DNA of 64,000 nt from a virus (lineage: Duplodnaviria; Caudoviricetes): positions 1 through 64,000 of IMG/VR virus record IMGVR_UViG_3300033463_000004; one strand, given 5' to 3'. The position numbers were made by a program, and so were the translations under genes. Shown here piece after piece: positions 9,230 through 17,461 of the stretch. Each line of letters opens with the position of its first letter. Position 1 is the first letter of the stretch. The notes under the pieces are model-generated. The model searched no databases and was not told the origin of the DNA. It was given only the letters and a program-made list of their open reading frames with translations.

Positions 9230-10952
9230 CGCAATTGCAGAAGAACTTGGTTATTCTAAACATTATGATTTTACCCAGTATGCACATGATAACAATGTGA
9301 ATGTTATCCCAGAAGAAGATTTCAAACGTCTTGTTCAAGAAACATTCAAATGCATCGCGGATAATCTGCGGAAAACTTATGGTCCATATGCATCTGCAGT
9401 TTTAATTTCTGATCAAAATGAAACATATGCAACGAAAGATGGATACAATGTTTTCAATGCATTGGGATTCTCACATACATACAAAAGAATGGTTTATCTT
9501 GCAATCAAGAAAATCATTGATCGTGTAAATCGAAATGTTGGTGATGGTACAACATCTTGCATTCTGATTGCTGAAAAACTGTTTAATGAGTTGAATCAGA
9601 TTCTGAAAACAGTTGATGATAAACGAAACATCATGGATGTTCTCGGTGATATCGAAGCATACCTGCTTGATCAACAGATATTACAGAATGACAACCAAGA
9701 ATGTGAATGTGTCAAACCGTTGACGATTGATTCATTATATGGGTTAATTGATATGGCTGGCAATTATGATTCAAAATTGACAGACATCATAATTGAAGCA
9801 TTGGAACCTGTATATGATGAATTCGAACGAGTCACATTAATTCGAAATGTTATTGTTGATTCTAAGCTCGAAAGCGACAGTGATACGATTTCATATGAAA
9901 TCGATTATCTTCCGGGTGATTTCCGCACAAGAGTCAATATGGATCAAACATTTGCATTACTTTTTGAAGAACCTCGCAAGATAAGAATTGCATTGTATGA
10001 TCATGTGTTTGGACCCGATGATTGGAATTTCTTCATGAGAAATTATGACAAACAGACTGAGACATTAATCATTGCAAGAGATTTCAACCGTTCATTCCTT
10101 GATAATGAATTTGTTCGTTATCTCAGACAACTGGAAATTGCAAAAACACCGGTTCCGATTATTCTTGCACAAATTAAATGTGAATATGTCCGTGATGAAA
10201 TCAAGGATCTTGGTGCTGTTATTGGCATGGATCCAATTGGAATGCATGCACAAGCGGTTGATCATGAGAATCTTCCTGTTGTACCAGTACAGGTGTACAA
10301 AGGAAATTGCATGTGCTTCCATGGTGTTTCTGCACCTGAAGATTATATCAAGACAGTTGAGATGGAAGCAAACGCTGATCTGTCTGGAAGTCTGACAAAA
10401 GGTCAATGGTACAAAGACAGACTGAAAGCACTAAAGAATGTTGCAAAAGATACACTTGTGACAGTAAAAGCAACATCATCACTTGAACAGAAAATGGTTG
10501 CTGATAAAATTGATGATTGTATTTCAATCGTTAATTCTGCAATGACATATGGTGTTATACCGAATCTTTTCGTGTATGGATATTATCGTTTGGAGGAATA
10601 TACAGATAATGATATTCCTTCATTAAATGCGGATGCTGCAAATGCAATTATGAAATCAATCAAAGGACTGTTCATGGATATATGGGCATCCAAGCATGGT
10701 GACTCATTTGAAGAAAAACGTGATAACATCATGGATCAATTATATCAAAATGAATCAAGTTATGATTCATTTGATATTATAAAAGAAGCATTGGTTGATG
10801 CAGAGAATCTTCCAACATCAGCACAATATGATTTGGAAGTTATTGCAGCAGCGATCTCTATTGTCAAATATTTATTGACAGGACGTGCGTTGATTTTTGA
10901 TGCATTCATCATGAAACCAGTTGATGATACTGGTTCATATTCCCGTAATTAA
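9222..10952 (+). CDS. groEL: GroEL-like (Cpn60) phage chaperonin
   Basis: KTYGP, TKDGYNV and VGDGTTS nucleotide-binding motifs; 576 aa. Confidence 0.9.
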   Translation: MNDAIAEELGYSKHYDFTQYAHDNNVNVIPEEDFKRLVQETFKCIADNLRKTYGPYASAVLISDQNETYATKDGYNVFNALGFSHTYKRMVYLAIKKIIDRVNRNVGDGTTSCILIAEKLFNELNQILKTVDDKRNIMDVLGDIEAYLLDQQILQNDNQECECVKPLTIDSLYGLIDMAGNYDSKLTDIIIEALEPVYDEFERVTLIRNVIVDSKLESDSDTISYEIDYLPGDFRTRVNMDQTFALLFEEPRKIRIALYDHVFGPDDWNFFMRNYDKQTETLIIARDFNRSFLDNEFVRYLRQLEIAKTPVPIILAQIKCEYVRDEIKDLGAVIGMDPIGMHAQAVDHENLPVVPVQVYKGNCMCFHGVSAPEDYIKTVEMEANADLSGSLTKGQWYKDRLKALKNVAKDTLVTVKATSSLEQKMVADKIDDCISIVNSAMTYGVIPNLFVYGYYRLEEYTDNDIPSLNADAANAIMKSIKGLFMDIWASKHGDSFEEKRDNIMDQLYQNESSYDSFDIIKEALVDAENLPTSAQYDLEVIAAAISIVKYLLTGRALIFDAFIMKPVDDTGSYSRN

Positions 10953-11068
10953 TTTTTTATTTCAGAGAGATATATCATTAAGCAGATTAGAGGGGCATTT
11001 TGCCCCTCTATCTACTTTTTGAAATCTCTGAACCAAAATATACAAATTTGATTACAGGCGGTGATGTT

Positions 11069-12559
11069 GTGAAGACATTAAAACCTTCGATGTGGAAAAA
11101 TATTGCATCGATATTATTATCAAATCATGATGAATGGAAATCATCTCGCAATATGGTTTTATTTGCACGCGCATTGACAACATATCCTAGTAGATCCGAA
11201 TATTATCTGGCATGCCAACGTATCATTCATTATATGGAACAAAACATTTTATCTGTATCAATGATTGTTGAAACAATGCATGCTGAAGGTGAATCTGAAG
11301 ATGTGTTATCCGCGATTGAAGTATTGCAAGATAATCCAACAATCAAAACACTTGCAGAAGTACAGAGACTTTGTGCTGTATTAGCAGAATATGTCAAATA
11401 TGCAAATGTTTTAAAAGTGAAAGAATCATTCTTAAAAGCGATTGATTTGATTGATGATGATGAATCAAATATAAAGAACACAGTTGACAATCTTTATCAA
11501 ATATCAAATAAGATTGTGACCGCATATAATGCAGCGGCTTTTACACAAGCAACTTCTTCATTTGATTCTGATAATCCAGAAGAAATGAAGAATGGAATTG
11601 CAGAAGCAAAAGATGCACGTTCTTCTGATAAAACAATTATCACTGGAATTCGTGGTTTAAATAATCTATTATCACCAGGATATTTGTCTGGTTGTTTATA
11701 TATTTATGCAGCATTACCAGGCTGCTATAAAAGTGGTATTTTGTTACAATCACATATTGACACCTGTAAATTTAATGAACATATAAAACACACAACAAAT
11801 GGAAAGACTCCTATATCTATTTATATTTCCATGGAAAATACAATGGCACAAACCATTCGACGTGTTTGGTCATTACTGTTTCCATCTGCAGATTTATCAA
11901 TGTTTACTGTTGATGAAGCCATGGAAATGATTAATAACGAATTAACACAAAAGGGATTTCGTTCTGTTATTCTATATTATGGATATCGAGAGAAATCTAC
12001 AGCTGATCTTTATGATATCATTCGTGGATATAATGATGACACCCATCAAGTTGTCGCATTATATCTTGACTATATTAAACGAATTCGTTCTGCACGTACA
12101 GATGCTGCTGCAACAAATTCTGAGAAATCTGAACTTCATGCAATCATGAATGAATTGAAAACGTTGGCATCACAATTTGACATACCGGTTGTATCTGGAC
12201 ATCAGTTGAATAGAGCTGCAGCGGCCGCGGTTGATGCCGTTGTTCAGTCTGGTGGTTATGCAAAAACTGCAGAAGTTCTTGGAAGATCTCATATCGGAAC
12301 TGCGTGGGAAATAATGGAAGTTGCAGACTGGCTTGCTGAAATGAATATTGAGAATGATGGTGAGAACAAGATGCTTATGATTAAAGCTGTAAAACAAAGA
12401 GATCTTGATAACAAGTCTGATGTACAAATTACAGCAATTAGACATCCATTTCTATCGCCAGAATCGTTTGCACTTCGCCAGGATATCATGGAGAATTGTT
12501 CTATATCAACTCCGATATATACTGGCAAACATCAATTGAATTATATGGCGAATATTTAA
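11069..12559 (+). CDS. DnaB-like replicative helicase
   Basis: Walker A AALPGCYKSG, YISMEN, LYLDYIKRI, VVSGHQLNR; GTG start after AGGCGGTG. Confidence 0.85.
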   Translation: MKTLKPSMWKNIASILLSNHDEWKSSRNMVLFARALTTYPSRSEYYLACQRIIHYMEQNILSVSMIVETMHAEGESEDVLSAIEVLQDNPTIKTLAEVQRLCAVLAEYVKYANVLKVKESFLKAIDLIDDDESNIKNTVDNLYQISNKIVTAYNAAAFTQATSSFDSDNPEEMKNGIAEAKDARSSDKTIITGIRGLNNLLSPGYLSGCLYIYAALPGCYKSGILLQSHIDTCKFNEHIKHTTNGKTPISIYISMENTMAQTIRRVWSLLFPSADLSMFTVDEAMEMINNELTQKGFRSVILYYGYREKSTADLYDIIRGYNDDTHQVVALYLDYIKRIRSARTDAAATNSEKSELHAIMNELKTLASQFDIPVVSGHQLNRAAAAAVDAVVQSGGYAKTAEVLGRSHIGTAWEIMEVADWLAEMNIENDGENKMLMIKAVKQRDLDNKSDVQITAIRHPFLSPESFALRQDIMENCSISTPIYTGKHQLNYMANI

Positions 12560-12646
12560 TTATTTTTCGCACATATATAATTTATTCGATTACGGGTGAC
12601 ACAATGTTACTCCGTGATTGAAAATATTCGAGGAGGTTTACACATC

Positions 12647-13279
12647 ATGATTGAGAATTATCAATCACACATTCTCAAACCAGCAGAAGTGGTCGACTAT
12701 TCCGCTGAGTTGATCCATGGTTTGAGACCGGAAATCATTCAGATGGAACCGATGATCGGATTCAAAGTGATGGTAAGAGACATGAATGCATACACAACAC
12801 CTTCTCAGGCAGCGAGATTCCAATTCATTGAAATGAATCTCGGATTCCTGAAAGATAGTGGTTGTATCATTCGTGAAACTCAAACCACTGAATCACCTGA
12901 TGGATTTTGGGTCATCACGTTCCCGGTTCCGCAATCACAGCTTTCGGCACAAATGTCAAAATTGACGATTGTGCTGGACTTCCTGACATCTAATTTCGGT
13001 ATCATTCCTGTTGATGTTGTTGAGATTAATGTATCAGGAAGATGCCCTGTTGGTGAAAGTGAATGGCGTCTTGCAAACGTTAATATCCCGAGTGCAATTC
13101 GTCAGTATTCAGTTGAACCGACAAATACCCCGTATAAACTTGGACATATCATCAGAATTAATGATGAATTTGCAATGCTTCGCACAATGTGGGATTGGCG
13201 CAATAGCGGTATGCCGTCAAGTTCTCATTTAAGCGATATGCTTGTAATTCCTCAGTTGATCAGTGGTATGTTCCGGTAA
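12647..13279 (+). CDS. Hypothetical protein
   Basis: GAGGAGG SD; first gene after an early-type promoter and 5' hairpin. Confidence 0.75.
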   Translation: MIENYQSHILKPAEVVDYSAELIHGLRPEIIQMEPMIGFKVMVRDMNAYTTPSQAARFQFIEMNLGFLKDSGCIIRETQTTESPDGFWVITFPVPQSQLSAQMSKLTIVLDFLTSNFGIIPVDVVEINVSGRCPVGESEWRLANVNIPSAIRQYSVEPTNTPYKLGHIIRINDEFAMLRTMWDWRNSGMPSSSHLSDMLVIPQLISGMFR

Positions 13280-13303
13280 TATTCCAAAGGAGGAAAACTA
13301 CTC

Positions 13304-13984
13304 ATGAGTATCTTCAACACCAATCCCGATCCCGATTATCCGGTTCTGAATGGTCCGGGATTCATTCAGGCCACCTATCAGCAGTACAACAACCCTTATA
13401 TGCAGGCTGCAGGTGCACAGCAGTACTACTATAATGGTCAGTATCTCCAGCCCATGTATCAGCCGATGCATCAGCCTGGTTTCCCCGCTGATTCCAGAAG
13501 ATATGATGCACCGACGACTCCGATGCCGACACAGCAGCCGCAACAGACATTCGGTTTCAATCAGTTTGCTGAAAGCAGACGGAACCAGGTAAATCCGCCT
13601 GCAACAAGTCCGTGGGCTGTTCAGACAATTCAGCAACCGCAACCTGTTATGCCGGTAATGCAGATGCAACAATTTGCAGCACCACAAACACAGGTGACAA
13701 CTGTGACATATCCGTCTGCATATCTCACAACAAACAATCCATATCCCGCATTGACAACTTGTCATCCGTCAATCGACAAGACAAATGCATGGGGTGATCC
13801 GAAGGTGTACAACCCAATGCCTGCTCCGATGGTGAATTGGGGCAATGTTGGTATGCAGCCTGTACAGGTGGCACCTCAGCAGTGTGGATATGCACTTCAG
13901 ACAATGACATATCCTCAGCCGGTTATGACACAGCCGATTCAGCAGAACTGGGAAGAAATTGCGAAGCAGAACTTCCCGAAGTAA
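13304..13984 (+). CDS. Gln/Pro-rich low-complexity protein (two SRR motifs, SPWA)
   Basis: AAAGGAGG SD; ADSRRYD and AESRRNQ..SPWAVQ; high-expression codon bias. Confidence 0.85.
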   Translation: MSIFNTNPDPDYPVLNGPGFIQATYQQYNNPYMQAAGAQQYYYNGQYLQPMYQPMHQPGFPADSRRYDAPTTPMPTQQPQQTFGFNQFAESRRNQVNPPATSPWAVQTIQQPQPVMPVMQMQQFAAPQTQVTTVTYPSAYLTTNNPYPALTTCHPSIDKTNAWGDPKVYNPMPAPMVNWGNVGMQPVQVAPQQCGYALQTMTYPQPVMTQPIQQNWEEIAKQNFPK

Positions 13985-13997
13985 GGAGTGAAAGCCG

Positions 13998-14843
13998 ATG
14001 ATCTTCACGTATAGATCAAGATTGGCACAAATTCCTATTGAAGTACGAGAGGCGTTAGGTGAGGTGTCATATCAAATTGGTATGACACCTTCAGCCAGAA
14101 GAGAACGGTGCATAAAAGCTTTAAAAGAACATAATATCCCATTCAAAGATATTGGTACTGGAACAAATCGATTCATCATCCGATATGACGGATATGCGGT
14201 TAAAATCGCATTGGATGCTGAAGGGATTGCAGACAATAAACAAGAATGGGTTATGTCATCAAGGTTATCGCCTGATGTTGCTAAAGCTCATGAAATAAGT
14301 AAAGGAGGCCACCTGTTGGTGGCCTCATATGCACCAGCCTTTTCAAATTATCAGGAATTTTTGTCATATAGGCCACAAATAACGGCGATACTCAAACGAT
14401 GGTCAAAACAATATTTGTTGGGTGATGTTGGTATCACATCTGTAAATTATGCAAACTGGGGACTTCTTGAAAGTAAACCTGTTTGTATAGATTACGCGTA
14501 TATATTTCCTGTTGCAATGAGAACATTCACATGTGTTTGTGGTTGTGAAGAAATGAATTTTGCAGATGAACAATTCACAATATACAAATGTGGTAATCCT
14601 GATTGTAATATGACGTATACCGACAGAGAGCTTCGTTCGAGAATCTCGCAAGAAGAACGTTTACGTTTATTCAAAAATGTTTCTGATAAAGCCATTGAAA
14701 TGTTTGCACCAGAACAGGATGTCGAAATCGAAGATGGTTTATTGAAACGAGATATTGATCCGGATTTACCTGATCCTCTGGAAGTAACTGAAGGTGTGCA
14801 GTTATATGAAAGCTATAAACCACTCACAAAAATTATCAGATGA
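13998..14843 (+). CDS. Ser/Thr protein-kinase-like protein with C-terminal Cys (Zn) cluster
   Basis: G-loop IGTGTNR, YAVK lysine, alphaC Glu (NKQEW), catalytic LGDV....NWG, IDY (DFG equivalent); CVCGC..CGNPDC. Confidence 0.75.
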   Translation: MIFTYRSRLAQIPIEVREALGEVSYQIGMTPSARRERCIKALKEHNIPFKDIGTGTNRFIIRYDGYAVKIALDAEGIADNKQEWVMSSRLSPDVAKAHEISKGGHLLVASYAPAFSNYQEFLSYRPQITAILKRWSKQYLLGDVGITSVNYANWGLLESKPVCIDYAYIFPVAMRTFTCVCGCEEMNFADEQFTIYKCGNPDCNMTYTDRELRSRISQEERLRLFKNVSDKAIEMFAPEQDVEIEDGLLKRDIDPDLPDPLEVTEGVQLYESYKPLTKIIR

Positions 14844-14857
14844 AAGGAGTTTGAATC

Positions 14858-15406
14858 ATGCATTATTCAAGAATATTTCGATCTGCAAATGGGACAGCAC
14901 AACTTGTCCCACAAACATCTGAATCAAAAGAAGACCGTTTAATCAAACTGGTTGAAAAGCTTGCAAAGAATACCCAACAGATTCCACAAGCTTTGCAAGA
15001 ATCCAAAACAGCATTGACAGATGATGACGTCAGTATCATGTTGGAATTTGCGTGTAAATTCCAAAAGGAATATTTTAGTGATATTCCTTTGGCACAAGAT
15101 CTTGGTGAATTGAAATTATTTATTTTCAATTTACCAAAAAGCATTGTTTCCGGTATGAAATATGCTCGTAATCATCCAGAACTTCCTGATGTATTGAATC
15201 CGGTTATGTTTATTTATCCACTTCTCACAGTGAATCCCGAATGCTCAATTGGATTATATTGGATGAAGTTGATGCAATTGCTCGATGGCAATCGCGAAGC
15301 CATCGAACAGGACGCATCTTCATATATTGCTGATATGATGCCATACGATGATGAGGATGAATCTGAAGAAGAATATGAGGAGGATAATGATAATGGCGAA
15401 TATTGA
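14858..15406 (+). CDS. Hypothetical protein with acidic tail
   Basis: AAAGGAG SD; 182 aa. Confidence 0.75.
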   Translation: MHYSRIFRSANGTAQLVPQTSESKEDRLIKLVEKLAKNTQQIPQALQESKTALTDDDVSIMLEFACKFQKEYFSDIPLAQDLGELKLFIFNLPKSIVSGMKYARNHPELPDVLNPVMFIYPLLTVNPECSIGLYWMKLMQLLDGNREAIEQDASSYIADMMPYDDEDESEEEYEEDNDNGEY

Positions 15407-16427
15407 TAATAAGGACATCAAGTTCACCGGAGATCCCGTCGCATTTGACGGGGTCGAAGGCAAGCGTGATCCGAAGACTGGAAAAGGTCGTTTTGATTTG
15501 ATTCCGGAAGAAGTATACTATCCGCTGTTCTCGAAAGCGGATCATGATTGGTTGCTCGACTGCCATCCCGCATCCATTCTGATGTCAATCGCGGATGAAA
15601 AATTCGTTGAAGCAATCATCAAAATGACTATCTATTCATATGCTGAACATAATGAAGATTATGCTGCTTCGAGTTCGGAGTTCTGGAATGGTGTATGGCC
15701 GATGCTTCAGGATCTAGCTATTCACTTCCAGAAGGGGGCCGAACACTACGGTGAGAGAAACTGTCAGAAGGGTATCCCGCTCTGGAGCTTTAAGGATTCC
15801 GCAATGCGTCATGCAGCACAGACGTTTGCTGGAAAGACAGATGAACCACATATGATTTCGGTTATCTGGAACTGCTGGATGGCAGAGTGGACCGTACTTC
15901 ATGAGAAGACTAAGGAAAAGATCGGTCCTTATACCGTTAAAGTTCTGAAGGCCCGAACTCCGGAAGAGATCGAAGCAGCCAAATCAGCAGCATCTACACC
16001 GGAACTCAAGGCAATGAAACTGCAGTCGGCGCTGAAAGAAGTTCGGGAAGCTGGTTATGTTGTCATACAACCGACGGCGTCTCTTGATACCAATGATCTG
16101 ATCAATTATGTTTCAGAGCTTCTTATAAGGAGACGCAAGGCACTTAAGACGAATATGTATAAGTATCCAACCTGGTCGCCGGAATATGATGCTTTCTACC
16201 GGGAACAAAAGCGTCTGAAAAGTGTCATCAATGCGATTCATGCAGCATCTGATGATGCTGAAACGAAAACTGATAATGCGAAAGACGATCTCGAAGAGAT
16301 GAGAAGCTTCATCGATAAACTGAAGAAATGGGCAGAAGAACAGGAATTTCCGATCGTCACAGCCATTCAGCATTTCTATACTCGTGAGGAAGCCGAGTTC
16401 TTAGATAATAACAAAACCGAAGAGTGA
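15393..16427 (+). CDS. dATP/dGTP diphosphohydrolase-domain (DUF5664-like) protein with C-terminal extension
   Basis: GKGRFDLIP...KGAEHYGERNCQKGIP....DSAMRH...DEPH....WN. Confidence 0.75.
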   Translation: MANIDNKDIKFTGDPVAFDGVEGKRDPKTGKGRFDLIPEEVYYPLFSKADHDWLLDCHPASILMSIADEKFVEAIIKMTIYSYAEHNEDYAASSSEFWNGVWPMLQDLAIHFQKGAEHYGERNCQKGIPLWSFKDSAMRHAAQTFAGKTDEPHMISVIWNCWMAEWTVLHEKTKEKIGPYTVKVLKARTPEEIEAAKSAASTPELKAMKLQSALKEVREAGYVVIQPTASLDTNDLINYVSELLIRRRKALKTNMYKYPTWSPEYDAFYREQKRLKSVINAIHAASDDAETKTDNAKDDLEEMRSFIDKLKKWAEEQEFPIVTAIQHFYTREEAEFLDNNKTEE

Positions 16428-16463
16428 CATATATATCATTATCCAGAAAGGAGATGGTATACA

Positions 16464-17378
16464 ATGATTTTCTGTTCTCGTCGTGTGTTTCTGAATGTAG
16501 TAACTCAGCTATATGATTTGGAAACATTGGTCAATGCGAACTATTTTCTGGTAGATCAGATTAAACCAACAGGATTTGCAAACATCGTTGATGAACCTCA
16601 TATCGGAAGTGATGGTGAAGTCACATATTCACCGAGTTTAGATTTCTCATCGTTTCAACAGCAAGCAATGCATCGGTTCTTTATCAACTATTCGAAAGTG
16701 CTAGATGTCATGCCGTATTTCGGTGCAATAACAGCGTCATTTCGAAATGATTTCTCATCACCGGTTGAACGCGTCATTTCGCATTTAAATAATCCTGAAT
16801 GTCAGATATCGATCTATCAGGAATTATTCCAAAAGAAACTTCAAGGAAATGGTGTTCAAATTGTTATTATGCAATCGGATACAGGTGTACAAGAATGTGG
16901 ACATATCATATGCCAATTTTTGTCCGAAGAATTCGGTGCGGATGTAACATTCGTTGATCCAATGTATCGTCCCAAAACAAAAGGTCAATTACAATATGCT
17001 GGAAACAAAACACGTGGACAACAACATGTACAAGAACTTCGTGATATGATTTTCAGAATGGCTATTCAAACCGCATTGGATAGTGCACAATTTGGAAATG
17101 GTATTGCAAATTTAGAAGCATTCTTTGACAATGATGATTTGACAATTCAAGACATGTTCCACGCATATCAGTTGTTATTCCCGAATGATCAACTTCCACC
17201 CGGAAATTATTCCATTCCTCATATGAAACAAATGATCATTGGTAGATTATTGGATGCAACAGGTAAACGTGCAGAAAATAAAAAGATCAGTGATCTTGGA
17301 ATCAATTTCTATGCCTTTGATCAAATGATCGGAGAATATGACGATAAAATTGAAGAGGATTTTTCTGATATATCATGA
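16464..17378 (+). CDS. Hypothetical protein
   Basis: Early-type promoter at 16427, AAGGAG SD, downstream terminator. Confidence 0.75.
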   Translation: MIFCSRRVFLNVVTQLYDLETLVNANYFLVDQIKPTGFANIVDEPHIGSDGEVTYSPSLDFSSFQQQAMHRFFINYSKVLDVMPYFGAITASFRNDFSSPVERVISHLNNPECQISIYQELFQKKLQGNGVQIVIMQSDTGVQECGHIICQFLSEEFGADVTFVDPMYRPKTKGQLQYAGNKTRGQQHVQELRDMIFRMAIQTALDSAQFGNGIANLEAFFDNDDLTIQDMFHAYQLLFPNDQLPPGNYSIPHMKQMIIGRLLDATGKRAENKKISDLGINFYAFDQMIGEYDDKIEEDFSDIS

Positions 17379-17412
17379 ATAAAGAGGGGGATGATCCCCC
17401 TCTTTATTTTTT
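17378..17412 (+). terminator. Intrinsic terminator
   Basis: aataaagaggggga-tga-tccccctctttatt plus T run. Confidence 0.85.
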
Positions 17413-17420
17413 CCTTTGAA

Positions 17421-17432
17421 AACGAATTCGTA
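17421..17432 (+). promoter_or_regulatory. Late/middle-type promoter motif (AAC[ACG]-N6-TA), representative copy
   Basis: AACG-AATTCG-TA; matches at 11031, 36503, 45318 (+) and 42115, 53601, 55532 (-); variants at 5866, 25672 (+) and 3022, 39737, 52538, 55718 (-); resembles the AR9 nvRNAP consensus AACA-N6-TA. Confidence 0.55.
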
Positions 17433-17461
17433 ATACTTTTACGAAAGGAGCTGCTTCTGTT

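Noticed and set aside
15393-16427. Z-genome (2-aminoadenine) pathway
   Set aside because: No purZ or datZ in the window; the hydrolase alone is insufficient evidence
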